A stretch of 64,000 bases of DNA from Candidatus Aegiribacteria sp. (GCA_030594645.1 JAUVEU010000006.1:1921-65920), one strand, 5' to 3'. Shown: positions 27,747 to 37,936, counted from the first letter of the stretch. Made by a program: numbers and translations. Notes: generated by a model from the letters alone, not told the origin.

Positions 27747-28840
27747 TAGAGAGCTTTCCTCCGCGGGTTGTATGTTTTTGCTTTCTCTTCTTTCCGAAGC
27801 ACCCTCAAACCTCCGAGGGCAAGTGCTTCCATCTCCATCTCACCCTGATAGACCAGAATCTTTGCAATGAATCCAGTATGATTTCGAATCATTTCCACGA
27901 AATTCTTGTCATAAGCGATTCCACCGGTCAGGACTATTGCATCAACATTTCCCTCAAGCACAGTTGCCATGGCTCCAATTTCTTTGCTTACCTGGTACGC
28001 CATTGCTTCGTAGGCCAGAGCAAACTTCTTGTTTCCTTCTCTGATTGTATCCTCGACGAGCATCATATCGTTTGTACCAAGATAAGCTACAATACCGCCA
28101 GCGCCCTTTATCATCTTTTTGACTTCCGGCAGAGTGCGTTTTCCACTGAAGCAAAGCGCTACAAGATCACCTACCGGCAAACCTCCTGATCTTTCGGGTG
28201 TGAATGGACCATCACCATTAAGAGCATTATTGACGTCAATAACCCTTCCGGCTTTATGAGCGCCCACTGAGATTCCCCCACCGAGATGGACTACTATAAG
28301 ATTTACATGATCGTATGATTTCTTAATATCTGCGGATGCCTTCCGTGCAACGGCTTTCTGATTCAGGGCATGGAAGATTGATCTTCTTGGAAGATCAGGG
28401 TGACCCGAGAACCTTGCAAGAGGTTCCATCTCGTCTACAACAACAGGATCAACTATAAATGCGGGACAGTGGGCCTCGTATGCAAGTTCATTTGCTATTG
28501 GAGCTCCCAGATTAGAAACATGTTCTCCCTGAACGCCTAAACGGAGATCTTCAAGGAGTTTTTCGTCTACTTCGTATGTTCCTCCCTCAACAGGATAGAG
28601 AACTCCACCCCGACCGACAATTGCGTCGAAGGAAGAAATACTGTAACCAGCTTTCTCAAGCTCGTTTTCAATAACATCTTTTCTGAAATCGTACTGTTCA
28701 AAAATATGGTCAAATCCTGCCAGCTCATCATTTGAATGACATATTTTAGCAGACCAGACTTCCTTTTCGCTCTCAAATACAGATATTTTCGTAGATGTGG
28801 AGCCGGGATTAATTGCTAGTATTCGGTAGGTGTCTGACAT
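27746..28840 (-). CDS. buk: Butyrate kinase
   Basis: [32 protein letters not shown], and the ASKHA fold pattern. The stop overlaps the mutase start at 27746. Confidence 0.92.
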   Translation of the reverse strand: MSDTYRILAINPGSTSTKISVFESEKEVWSAKICHSNDELAGFDHIFEQYDFRKDVIENELEKAGYSISSFDAIVGRGGVLYPVEGGTYEVDEKLLEDLRLGVQGEHVSNLGAPIANELAYEAHCPAFIVDPVVVDEMEPLARFSGHPDLPRRSIFHALNQKAVARKASADIKKSYDHVNLIVVHLGGGISVGAHKAGRVIDVNNALNGDGPFTPERSGGLPVGDLVALCFSGKRTLPEVKKMIKGAGGIVAYLGTNDMMLVEDTIREGNKKFALAYEAMAYQVSKEIGAMATVLEGNVDAIVLTGGIAYDKNFVEMIRNHTGFIAKILVYQGEMEMEALALGGLRVLRKEEKAKTYNPRRKAL

Positions 28841-28910
28841 TCTTCTCCAATCGATTAATCTTATATACTTCAGAAGGATTCTAATTCACTCTATCAGGAA
28901 AGCCAAGAAT

Positions 28911-29306
28911 ATGAACAATGCAAATATAATAGCAGCTGAAGAACTGAGGTTTCTGCTCAAACAGATTGAACGTATACGAGAGAGCTTCAGATTACAGAAA
29001 GAAGAAACTCTTGCGAAATCTGATCTGAAGGAGCTTTACAAACTTAGAGATATTTCGAGGACGAAGTACCAGCCGAAACTGAGGGATGTATTCAGGAATG
29101 TTAAAAAACTCTCCCGCATGATCAATCTTGATGAACAGGGCGGAAAGGAAGCGGAGGATCTTGTGATAGATGCAGATAGAATATTCAGGGAACTCCAGGC
29201 TCATCTGATTTCCGTACCAAATAGGCTGATTCGTGTTTTCAAATCAGGGGAAATTAACACCAATTCGTGCAGTAATCCAGAGAGTGATTCATCGCAACAG
29301 GGCTGA
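28911..29306 (+). CDS. Hypothetical coiled-coil protein
   Basis: The ATG at 28911 avoids overlap with the buk start. 131 aa, charged and helical. I recognise no family. Confidence 0.45.
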   Translation: MNNANIIAAEELRFLLKQIERIRESFRLQKEETLAKSDLKELYKLRDISRTKYQPKLRDVFRNVKKLSRMINLDEQGGKEAEDLVIDADRIFRELQAHLISVPNRLIRVFKSGEINTNSCSNPESDSSQQG

Positions 29307-29366
29307 GTATGTATATTAGCTGTTCTGAATAGAAATACGAGCTTCAAGAAAACGGAAAGGCTTTCC

Positions 29367-30710
29367 ATGATCGGAATAAGTGATAAAGAAATGACAAAAC
29401 TGCTTTCAGCGGAAACGCTTGAGGGTCTGGCGGGGGAGAAAGTAACGCTTCATGGCGTGGTCCAGCGAATCCGGCGTCTTGGTTGGGGCGCATTTATCGT
29501 ACTGCGCCGCCATGACGGATTGGTGCAATGCGTTATGGGGAATGACGGAAACGAAGAAATACTCGACAGTCTGGATGTCGAGCAGTCGGTTGAAGTGAAG
29601 GGTACAGTGAAAAAAGCTGGAATAAAGGATAATTCAATTCATCCCTCATCTGTCGAAATTCATGTGGATTCCATCGAAATCATCTCATCACCTGCGGCTC
29701 AGCAACCTGTCGACATGTCCAAAAAGATTCTCGACCTGCACATTGATACCAATCTTGATCTTCGCCCTCTGAGCCTGCGGCACCCCGGTGAAAGAGCCAG
29801 ACTCAAGATCGCGGAATCGTTTGCGCTTGGTTTCAGGGAAAGCCTCTCAGGAATGGGATTTACCGAGATTCGTACTCCGAAAATCTGCTCAGCCGGAGCG
29901 GAGGGAGGAGCAAATATATTCAAAGTTGATTATTTCGGCCGACCGGCATTTCTCGCACAATCCCCGCAATTCTACAAACAGATGGGCGTAGGTATCTTTG
30001 AGCGGGTGTTCGAAGTAGGACCTGTTTTTCGAGCTGAACCTCACCAGACTTCCAGACATATCAACGAATACACCTCTCTCGATTTCGAAATGGGGTTCAT
30101 TGATGGATATGAAGACGTGATGGCCCTCGAGGTAGCGGTACTGAGGCACTGTCTTGATACAGTGAAGAAGAACACCGGATACGAACTTGAAATGCTGGGC
30201 GCAAAGATGCCCGAAGTTGGTGAGCACATACCATCCATCACGCTGGAGGAAGCACACAGGATTACCTCTGAGATCAGCGGGAAAGACTGCATGGGAGAAC
30301 CTGACCTCGAGCCGGAGGAAGAGAAGATACTCTGCAGGTATTCACAGGAGGAATGGGGTTCCGAATTCCTTTTTGTAACTCACTTTCCCACTGAGAAGAG
30401 GCCGTTCTACACGATGGATGATCCTGAAAACCCTGGTACAACGCTGAGCTTCGATCTGTTGTTCAGAGGCCTCGAGGTGACAACCGGAGGACAAAGGATT
30501 CACGAGTACGAAATGCAGGTTGAAAAAATGAGGAAATTCGGACTTGATCCGGATGACTTCGAAAGCTACCTGCAGGCGCACAAATACGGACTCCCGCCAC
30601 ATGGCGGCCTTGCCATAGGTCTTGAAAGAATGGCCGCGAGGATTCTCGACGTGGACAATATCCGTCTTACAACGATGTTTCCCCGTGATGCAAAGCGGTT
30701 AACGCCCTGA
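29367..30710 (+). CDS. aspS: Aspartyl-tRNA synthetase, archaeal/type-2 (possibly non-discriminating)
   Basis: Class IIb motifs: FRAEPHQTSRHINEYTSLDFEMGF, and GGLAIGLERM near the C-terminus. 447 aa. Confidence 0.8.
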   Translation: MIGISDKEMTKLLSAETLEGLAGEKVTLHGVVQRIRRLGWGAFIVLRRHDGLVQCVMGNDGNEEILDSLDVEQSVEVKGTVKKAGIKDNSIHPSSVEIHVDSIEIISSPAAQQPVDMSKKILDLHIDTNLDLRPLSLRHPGERARLKIAESFALGFRESLSGMGFTEIRTPKICSAGAEGGANIFKVDYFGRPAFLAQSPQFYKQMGVGIFERVFEVGPVFRAEPHQTSRHINEYTSLDFEMGFIDGYEDVMALEVAVLRHCLDTVKKNTGYELEMLGAKMPEVGEHIPSITLEEAHRITSEISGKDCMGEPDLEPEEEKILCRYSQEEWGSEFLFVTHFPTEKRPFYTMDDPENPGTTLSFDLLFRGLEVTTGGQRIHEYEMQVEKMRKFGLDPDDFESYLQAHKYGLPPHGGLAIGLERMAARILDVDNIRLTTMFPRDAKRLTP

Positions 30711-30737
30711 TCACCAATCACAAAAACTGTTAGGATT

Positions 30738-31346
30738 TTAGGTACTTGACTGATCCCACCACTGCCAGATGTACCACTCTCCATCATCATCCTCTCTGCA
30801 GATGAAGAGAGCTGATCCGGAAGCACAGTGTCCGTCTACCCCGCCGTTGGTATAGACCTTGAGATCGAAGGTTCTCGGAAGGGCAAGGGCCATACCTGTC
30901 GGATCACCGCTCCAGGGAAATTCCGAATCTCCCGAAAGAGTCAGGTCAATTGACCATACCGCGTTGAACATCAAAATGTGAAATTCCTCTTCAAGAGCCA
31001 GACCCCAGTACTCATCAATTGTGCCATTACCGGTGTAGTCAGCCCAGTCAATTTCAAGAAGATGAAACTCAAAATCGCTTCTGAAGCATGCGATATAGCG
31101 ATCGATGTCCATGCTGGAATATGAATACTCCAGGTTCTCCAGTACTTTCCAGGCGCTGTCTGCGGGGATGTGGTACTGGGCTGGAACCGGATCCGGATTC
31201 TTCTTTGGATCAAACGGATTCCAGCAAGCGGATATTGATAGAATGAATAAGGTAATCACGACTGCTGTCGCGAACTTCGACCTTCTCACTTTTTGTCCTT
31301 TCAGTTTATGCAGATCAGTTAGAAATTCCACCTTTTGAAAAACCAC
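30738..31346 (-). CDS. Hypothetical lipoprotein (GTG start)
   Basis: Lipobox-like LSISAC|WNP after a basic N-terminus. Trp-rich 202-aa ORF. Confidence 0.55.
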   Translation of the reverse strand: MVFQKVEFLTDLHKLKGQKVRRSKFATAVVITLFILSISACWNPFDPKKNPDPVPAQYHIPADSAWKVLENLEYSYSSMDIDRYIACFRSDFEFHLLEIDWADYTGNGTIDEYWGLALEEEFHILMFNAVWSIDLTLSGDSEFPWSGDPTGMALALPRTFDLKVYTNGGVDGHCASGSALFICREDDDGEWYIWQWWDQSST

Positions 31347-31460
31347 TGAACTCGCATTTTGTACACGCCAACTGAAAAAGAAAAATGATCAGATCGAACC
31401 TCCTGTTTGAATTATGCCCTCATGAATAATTGAGAATTTGAAACTTCCTGTCAAGAGTAA

Positions 31461-31587
31461 CGGGGTCGGATCTTGAATTTTGACATTTTCATGACAGATG
31501 GAAAGGTGTCATATCTGATAGTTAATAATTCTATTGCGTATAGCCATTGAGTAAATTAAAAAATGTCAAAATTCAAGATCCGACCCC
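31461..31587. mobile_element. 127-bp MITE-like element with perfect 28-bp terminal inverted repeats
   Basis: ggggtcggatcttgaattttgacatttt (31461-88) is the exact reverse complement of 31560-87. The TIR is 23/28 identical to the left end of the RayT-like element (21918-45). An internal hairpin atgaca-N10-tgtcat lies at 31490-511. Confidence 0.6.
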
Positions 31588-31619
31588 AATTCGTGCATGT
31601 CCCCGTGGGATGATGTCAT

Positions 31620-32462
31620 TTAATCAATAATCGGAGGACCGGGCGGTAAATCGCCATCCGTATCATCGTTATCTTCAACAGACTCTTCCAGAGATAAAGT
31701 ATCTTTTGGTACTAGCTCCCGGTTTTTCAGACCTACGAATTTTCCAAAAGCCGATTTCTCAAGGAGAAGCAATCGAGCTGCCTTTTCTACAACTTCAACC
31801 GCGTCGCAGGCAGAATCAATATCCCTGCCAAGGCCAAGAATACCGTGCTTTCTCCAGATAACGCAATCACTGTTCTCAAAAGCCTTTGCTGTTTCCTCTC
31901 CCAGCTCCCATGTACCGGGGGGCATGTAATCAAGGAAACGTACACCCCGTCCGAGGAGAAGAGATACCTCCGGATGAGACCTGTTGACGGCATCTTCGAG
32001 CATCTCTCCCGGCAGGTCACTGGAGGACAGAGCCAGCATATGGGTCGAATGAGTATGAACGAGAGCAGCTGTTGTCCAGCCGCGACTTACCGCTCCCGCC
32101 AGAACAAGAAGATGTGTACTGAACTCGCTTGTGGGATCTTTGCTTCCCTCGAGTCTGATGATTCTCAGTCCATCAGACGATATCCTGACAGGGACTATTT
32201 CCGTGTCGAGCTTTTGCTGAAGTGTTCTGAATCGACTCCATGCGCAGGTCACCAGGAAAGTTCTTCCCGCCAGTTCAGGTATTGGTATCGGGAGAGAATC
32301 AGAGAATATCTGGTTTTCCCATATCATATCGTCTGCCCCTTCAGGAAGCAGAACGGAGATATTTCCCGCGTTCGCCTCGGCCCAGCCAGTTCTGGCAAGC
32401 TCTGCTGCTATACGACCTATGTCTTTCCTGGTGGACTGAATGATATCCATACCGTCTCTCAC
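31620..32462 (-). CDS. Class II aldolase/adducin-family protein (rhamnulose/fuculose-1-phosphate aldolase-like)
   Basis: AEANAGNISVLL and ALVHTHSTHMLALS metal-binding His pattern. 280 aa. Confidence 0.8.
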   Translation of the reverse strand: MRDGMDIIQSTRKDIGRIAAELARTGWAEANAGNISVLLPEGADDMIWENQIFSDSLPIPIPELAGRTFLVTCAWSRFRTLQQKLDTEIVPVRISSDGLRIIRLEGSKDPTSEFSTHLLVLAGAVSRGWTTAALVHTHSTHMLALSSSDLPGEMLEDAVNRSHPEVSLLLGRGVRFLDYMPPGTWELGEETAKAFENSDCVIWRKHGILGLGRDIDSACDAVEVVEKAARLLLLEKSAFGKFVGLKNRELVPKDTLSLEESVEDNDDTDGDLPPGPPIID

Positions 32463-32486
32463 TATCTTACTGAAAGGTACTCCTGC

Positions 32487-33806
32487 TCAGAAAATTTCTT
32501 CAGCAGCATTTTCTATGATGCTGATTCCTTTAAGAAGTTCATCATCCGTAATATTCAGCGGAGGTCTGAATCTAATACTTGTATGACCGCAGGGAAGAAT
32601 GATGGCTCCATTCTTCATTATCGAAGCAATCATTCTGTTTCTGGTTTCGCCGTCCTCAAGATCAAAGGCGCACATAAGTCCCCGGCCGCGGACATTCGAG
32701 ATCTTACTCGGATGTTTCTTCTCAAGATTGTGAAGAGCATCCAGGAGAGTCTTGCTTCTGCTGCGGACGTTTTCCAGTGTGTTTTCTTCGACCATGATTT
32801 CGAGGTAACGGGTACACCTGACCATATCAACGAGATTGCCGCCCCAGGTGGAGTTAATCCTGCTCGATTCGTGAAATACATTGTCCTTTACTTCATCAAC
32901 ACGTTTGTTGCAGGCGATTCCGCAAACCTGGGACTTCTTGCCGAAACAGAAGATATCTGGTTCTACACCCAGAGACTGCCATGCCCACCATTCACCAGTA
33001 AGCCCCATTCCAGTTTGAATCTCATCGAAAATGAGCATGAATTCATGCTTATCCGCCCGTTCGCGAAGCTGCTGCAGGAACTCGGGTCTGAAATGATTAT
33101 CTCCGCCCTCGCCCTGAATTGGTTCAATGACAAGACAGGCGATATCATGTTCGTATTTCTTGATGGCTTCATCTATCTGTTCAAGCGTTTTCTTCTCGGC
33201 TTCGATGATTTCGTCAAGGTTATCCTCAAGAGGGAATCTTATCGACGGCGGGTCTACTCTTGGCCAGTCAAACAAAGGGAAGTACATGTACTTCCTAGGA
33301 TCGGCAGTGTTTGTCATAGAAAGGGTATAGCCTGTTCTTCCATGGAAGGCTTTTCTGAAATGAATAACCTTTGAGCCCAGCTCACCTCTGCCTGCTTCCA
33401 GATTTTTACGAACCTTCCAGTCAAATGCCGCTTTCATGGCGTTTTCAACTGCAAGAGCACCGCCTGAAATGAAGAAAAGGTACGGGTGGCTGTCGGGAAT
33501 AACGGTATCCGCGAATGTTTCCACAAAAGACGCAAGCTCTTCGGTGTAGAAATCCGAATTGGAAGGTTTATTGATGGCTATATCGCCGATGTAGTTTCGG
33601 AATTCATCGGTGCAAAGTCCGGGATGGTTCATACCCAGTGGTGCTGAAGCAAAAAAGCTGAAGAGGTCAAGATAGTCCTTATCGCCTTTTGAATCATGTA
33701 TAGTGCATCCTTTGCTTTTTTCAAGGTCAAGAACCATATCAAAACCATCTGCCAGCATATGGTTAGCTATTGTTTCCCTGACTTTTGATGCAGGTATGTA
33801 TTTCAT
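32487..33806 (-). CDS. Class-III PLP aminotransferase, L-lysine 6-aminotransferase-like
   Basis: The N-terminus MLADGFDMVLDLEKSKGCTIHD...DLFSFFASAPLGMNHP resembles LAT enzymes as I recall them. FDEIQTGMGLTG, and the FGKKSQV PLP-lysine region. Confidence 0.75.
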   Translation of the reverse strand: MKYIPASKVRETIANHMLADGFDMVLDLEKSKGCTIHDSKGDKDYLDLFSFFASAPLGMNHPGLCTDEFRNYIGDIAINKPSNSDFYTEELASFVETFADTVIPDSHPYLFFISGGALAVENAMKAAFDWKVRKNLEAGRGELGSKVIHFRKAFHGRTGYTLSMTNTADPRKYMYFPLFDWPRVDPPSIRFPLEDNLDEIIEAEKKTLEQIDEAIKKYEHDIACLVIEPIQGEGGDNHFRPEFLQQLRERADKHEFMLIFDEIQTGMGLTGEWWAWQSLGVEPDIFCFGKKSQVCGIACNKRVDEVKDNVFHESSRINSTWGGNLVDMVRCTRYLEIMVEENTLENVRSRSKTLLDALHNLEKKHPSKISNVRGRGLMCAFDLEDGETRNRMIASIMKNGAIILPCGHTSIRFRPPLNITDDELLKGISIIENAAEEIF

Positions 33807-34028
33807 TTGTCACCACCCCTTTCGCGAGTTGTATATTCTGTATGAACAGGATTGTTGAGCACTGGTACATATTGATTGACTTCAAGAAGAATGCCACCTA
33901 ATCTCTCTTGAATCAGCCGATTTGTCAACACTTCTTGCAGGATCCCTCTGGAAGTGCGTATATTCGTATTTGTATATTGGAAATTTGTACGATTTGTTTT
34001 GCATATTCACATAAATCAGGGAGAATTC

Positions 34029-34955
34029 ATGAAACCTGTAGGAAACCTCAAAGAACTGAAAATGATAGCAAGAGAGCTTCCTTCAAAGCGTGTTGCTGTT
34101 GTACGAGCTGATGAAGTTGAAACCATGAGTGCTATTGGTACTGCTGTTCAAGATAGTATGGTCGAAGCAGTTCTTATCGGTCCCGAGAAAGGCATTCGAG
34201 ATGCTGCGGAAAAGGCTGATTTCGATCTGAACGGTATTGAAATCATCCATGCTGAAGATGACAAGACTGCTTCAATAAAGGGAGTTGAAACAGTACGTTC
34301 CGGCAAAGCCGATGTTATTATGAAGGGCTTGGTGGCTTCAAGTACGTTCCTTCGCGCGATTCTTGACAGGGAGTGTGGATTAAGAGCCCCTGGAATCCTT
34401 AGTCATGTAGCCGCATTTGATGTTCCAGGCTACAACAAGCTTCTAATAGTTACCGATGCTGCCATGAACATAGCGCCGGATTTCGACCAGAAAATCGGTT
34501 TGATGAAAAACGCGATTACAGTTGCTCACGCCCTGGGAATCGATCATCCCAAATCAACTTACATTTGTGCCAAGGAAGTCCCATACGACAAGATGCCCTG
34601 CACATTGGAAGCAGCCAGAATGCAGGAACTGGCGGATGCGGGTGAATTCGGTGATATCATTTTTGACGGTCCTCTTGCTCTGGATCTTGCCGTATCCTCC
34701 GAGGCATGCAGGATCAAGAAGATTGAAAGCCCTGTCGGAGGAGATGCCGATATACTGCTTCTGCCTGATATTGAAGCAGCTAATGTTCTCTACAAGGCAC
34801 TCATCTTCATTTCAGGCGGAGAGCTTGGCGCGGTGATTATGGGAGCAACAAACCCGGTTGTACTTACTTCAAGAGCTGATTCCGCTGAATCCAAGCTCTG
34901 CTCCATAGTTCTGTCCAGCGTTGTAGCCGGATACCAGGCAGGAGGCGGGAATTAG
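34029..34955 (+). CDS. ptb: Phosphate butyryltransferase / phosphotransacylase
   Basis: DVIMKGLVASSTFLRAIL, LLIVTDAAMNIAPD and DILLLPDIEAANVLYK. The ATG at 34029 with an aggga SD is preferred over the track's GTG at 33954. Confidence 0.88.
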   Translation: MKPVGNLKELKMIARELPSKRVAVVRADEVETMSAIGTAVQDSMVEAVLIGPEKGIRDAAEKADFDLNGIEIIHAEDDKTASIKGVETVRSGKADVIMKGLVASSTFLRAILDRECGLRAPGILSHVAAFDVPGYNKLLIVTDAAMNIAPDFDQKIGLMKNAITVAHALGIDHPKSTYICAKEVPYDKMPCTLEAARMQELADAGEFGDIIFDGPLALDLAVSSEACRIKKIESPVGGDADILLLPDIEAANVLYKALIFISGGELGAVIMGATNPVVLTSRADSAESKLCSIVLSSVVAGYQAGGGN

Positions 34956-35395
34956 TGAAGATAGTACTGGCCAGCGATCACGCAGGATATCCTCTGAAGT
35001 GCAAACTGGTCGAATGGCTTAAAGATGAAAAGGGGCTGAACCTCGGTTTAGAAGATCTTGGCCCATTTTCTGCTGATTCTGTTGACTATCCGGATTTTGC
35101 TGCTGCTCTCTGCAGAAATTTGCTGGACGGCAGCGCGGACTTCGGTATTCTTATCTGTAACTCTGGATTAGGCATGAGCATGACCGCGAACAGGTTCAGG
35201 GGAATCAGGGCAGCTCTATGCCTGTTTCCTCGGATGGCTTATTACGCAAGACATCACAATAACGCGAATGTGCTTGTCCTCGGAGGAGGGATTACAGCCT
35301 TTTTCCAGGCCAGGGAAATCGTGGAGATTTTTCTTGCAGAGAAGTTTGACGCCGGGCGGCACAGCAGAAGAGCCGACAAAATGGATACCATCTGA
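34955..35395 (+). CDS. rpiB: Ribose-5-phosphate isomerase B (RpiB/LacAB family), GTG start
   Basis: KIVLASDHAGYPLK, GILICNSGLGMSMTANR and NANVLVLGG. Confidence 0.9.
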   Translation: MKIVLASDHAGYPLKCKLVEWLKDEKGLNLGLEDLGPFSADSVDYPDFAAALCRNLLDGSADFGILICNSGLGMSMTANRFRGIRAALCLFPRMAYYARHHNNANVLVLGGGITAFFQAREIVEIFLAEKFDAGRHSRRADKMDTI

Positions 35396-35429
35396 TTCAT
35401 ACATATTCGATTATTCCACGGGAGATCAC

Positions 35430-36494
35430 ATGATTGACGTAATCTGCGGGGCACGACCTAATTTCATGAAGGTTGATCCCATAATTAAGAACACTGATCC
35501 ATCTGTTGAAATAAGACTCATTCATACAGGTCAGCACTACGATCATATAATGTCACAGAGTTTCTTTGATGATCTGGATCTGCCCAGGCCTGACGTGAAC
35601 CTTGAAGTCGGATCCGCGAGCATTACTGAGCAGACAGCGACAATCATGCAGCGATACGAGAACGTATTCCTTGAACGAAGACCAAAGGCCATTGTAGTGG
35701 TCGGTGATGTTAATTCAACCCTTGCCTGTGCTCTTGTGGCGGTGCGGTATGGAGTTCCCATAATTCATGTAGAGGCGGGGCTCAGGAGTTTCGATCGCCA
35801 TATGCCCGAAGAGATCAACAGAGTACTGACAGATCAAATCGCGAATCTGCTTCTCATCACCTCCACTGAAGCCAGGGATAACCTGCTTGCTGAAGGCAGA
35901 CAGAGTGAAATGATTAAGCTTGTTGGTAATCCCATGATTGATACTCTGCTGAGGCTTCTTCCATCAGCTATGGATTCAGGATCACCTCCACCTGACGAGC
36001 CTTACGCACTGGTTACCCTACATCGTCCATCAAACGTTGATAATCCGGAGCGACTTGGTGCTGTCCTGGATGCTCTCGGCAATCTGGAAGGACTCAGGAT
36101 TCTGTTTCCAGCGCATCCACGTACTCTTCGCAATATGGATGAATGGAATCTGAATATTCCGGAAAGATTATCTATAGTTAAACCCATGTCTTATCTGGAT
36201 TTCATCAGATGTGAGGTTGACGCATCAGTTGTCATTACGGATTCGGGTGGTGTTCAGGAGGAGACAAGTGTTCTTGGCGTTCCATGTGTAACTGTCAGAA
36301 CCAGTACAGAACGACCTGTGACTCTCGAGATTGGAACGAATGTGCTTTGTCCCGATACATCATTAATTCCTGAAGCTGCAGCAAAACAGATCGCAAGTCG
36401 ACCCGATTCTCCTCCTGTCATTCCCATGTGGGATGGGAAGTCTGGAAAAAGAATCGCGGCAGCCATTGAAAACTATACCGGAGGAACGAGATGA
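35430..36494 (+). CDS. wecB: UDP-N-acetylglucosamine 2-epimerase (non-hydrolysing)
   Basis: MIDVICGARPNFMK, VHVEAGLRSFD and TDSGGVQEE. The ATG at 35430 with a ggag SD is preferred over the track start at 35268, which overlaps rpiB. Confidence 0.92.
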   Translation: MIDVICGARPNFMKVDPIIKNTDPSVEIRLIHTGQHYDHIMSQSFFDDLDLPRPDVNLEVGSASITEQTATIMQRYENVFLERRPKAIVVVGDVNSTLACALVAVRYGVPIIHVEAGLRSFDRHMPEEINRVLTDQIANLLLITSTEARDNLLAEGRQSEMIKLVGNPMIDTLLRLLPSAMDSGSPPPDEPYALVTLHRPSNVDNPERLGAVLDALGNLEGLRILFPAHPRTLRNMDEWNLNIPERLSIVKPMSYLDFIRCEVDASVVITDSGGVQEETSVLGVPCVTVRTSTERPVTLEIGTNVLCPDTSLIPEAAAKQIASRPDSPPVIPMWDGKSGKRIAAAIENYTGGTR

Positions 36495-37936
36495 AACCCA
36501 GAAAAATATTAACTCTGATACTGTTGATTGTTGTTCCCGTACTCGCCAGCGGCTGCGGAGGAGAACAGCAGCATGCTAATACTGATCCTTCAATACTGTC
36601 CGGTAGTTCGGAGGAAATCGGCCTGCAGAAGTTCGCAGTATCCATAATGGGTGACGATGTCGGTTATATGGAGCTTGATGTTCAGGAACTGGGTACCGAT
36701 TCACTCCTGATAACGCAGTCAATCAGCTGGAATATGATTCTGATGGGAAACCAGCGTGATATTGAGATGAGCATGACGGCTGTGACTGACAGGACATACA
36801 ATCTCGGACATATGGAGATGCTCATGTCGGACGGCTCAGCAGAGATTTCCATTACTGCCGTTCGCAGGGATTCGCTGCTTCTTACTGAAATAGGTACCGC
36901 CGGAAGGACCATCGAGAACTCCACAGTAGTTTCCGGAGACTACCTGCCCGTTCTGGCCGATCTGGCCTGTGCTTCGATGGAATGGGAAGTGGGGCAGGAA
37001 AGAACATTTCAGTCATTCGATCCTGCAAGCGGGATGATTCTGAGCGCGAGTGCAGTATGTATTGAATTCGAGAATGTATCTCTCCTTGGAGATATCGTGA
37101 ACGCTGCGAAGCTTGAAATCTCCCAGATGGGCACCAGGAACAGTGTATGGGTTTACAGAGGACAGATCGTAAGGGAGTACGAAGCAGGTCTTGGAATGGA
37201 CATGACAAGGGTGCCGCCGGGTCAGAGTGGTGATGTTGTTGCCACCAGAGATCTTTACGAGGTTTTCGCGGTCTCCTCCACACACATATCGAACCCAAGA
37301 AGCACCGGAACGCGAGTATTCCTTCTCGAGGGGGATATTGACTGGGCTAATTTTCAGCTCGACATACCGTCTGTTCAGAGAGCTTCCGGATGTACGGTAA
37401 CCGTTTCGACCGGACTTCCGGATAACAGTCTTCCATACCCTCCATCCATACCTGAAGAACTTGAGGAGTATGTTCTCCCCGAAGCCATGATACAGAGCGA
37501 TGATTCCATAATAATCGAAAAAGCCCTGATACTTACGGATGGTTGTGAGGATTCCTGGGAGGCCGCAAGAAGGATATCGTCTTTTGTTGATGGAGCAGTG
37601 GAAAACAGCCCGACCATCTCCCTTCCATCAGCGGTTGACGTGATGGAGAATCTCAGGGGTGACTGTAACGAACACACTATCCTGACAGTTGCACTTGCAA
37701 GAGCCGCAGGACTTCCCGCAAGAATTTGCGCGGGTATCGTTTACCTCGACGGATCGTTCGGATACCATGCCTGGCCTATGATATGGGTGGGAGAGTGGGT
37801 GAAGATGGATCCAACCTTCGGACAGTATGCAGCTGATGCCACGCACATCATTCTGGCCACTGGTGATCTTGAATCTCAGTATGTTGTCAATTCCGCAATC
37901 GGCAGGCTCAGTGTAAGGGAACTGGAAACCCCCTGA
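36491..37936 (+). CDS. Lipoprotein with C-terminal transglutaminase-like cysteine-protease-fold domain
   Basis: Lipobox VLASGC|GG. Transglutaminase core RGDCNEHTILTVALARAAGLPARI...GYHAWPMIWV...MDPT. Confidence 0.8.
   Translation: MKPRKILTLILLIVVPVLASGCGGEQQHANTDPSILSGSSEEIGLQKFAVSIMGDDVGYMELDVQELGTDSLLITQSISWNMILMGNQRDIEMSMTAVTDRTYNLGHMEMLMSDGSAEISITAVRRDSLLLTEIGTAGRTIENSTVVSGDYLPVLADLACASMEWEVGQERTFQSFDPASGMILSASAVCIEFENVSLLGDIVNAAKLEISQMGTRNSVWVYRGQIVREYEAGLGMDMTRVPPGQSGDVVATRDLYEVFAVSSTHISNPRSTGTRVFLLEGDIDWANFQLDIPSVQRASGCTVTVSTGLPDNSLPYPPSIPEELEEYVLPEAMIQSDDSIIIEKALILTDGCEDSWEAARRISSFVDGAVENSPTISLPSAVDVMENLRGDCNEHTILTVALARAAGLPARICAGIVYLDGSFGYHAWPMIWVGEWVKMDPTFGQYAADATHIILATGDLESQYVVNSAIGRLSVRELETP

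Noticed and set aside
31845-33374. 509-aa plus-strand ORF spanning two genes
   Set aside because: It lies antisense to the class II aldolase and the aminotransferase. Both of those have clear family motifs on the minus strand. The plus-strand translation is compositionally odd, has no SD and shows no recognisable motifs. Long antisense ORFs arise when TTA/CTA/TCA codons are rare in the sense frame.
33950-34015. Clustered GTATATT / ATTTGT repeats in the lat-ptb divergent region
   Set aside because: These may be operator sites. However, the region is simply AT-rich, the repeats are short (6-8 nt) and irregularly spaced, and no regulator gene is adjacent.
33954-34028. N-terminal extension of ptb (GTG at 33954)
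   Set aside because: The extension (MRIFVFVYWKFVRFVLHIHINQGEF) lies in AT-rich promoter-like DNA. The ATG at 34029 has an SD and matches the usual start of phosphotransacylases.
35268-35429. N-terminal extension of wecB overlapping rpiB
   Set aside because: It would overlap the last 128 nt of rpiB in another frame. The ATG at 35430 has a ggag SD and gives the conserved epimerase N-terminus.
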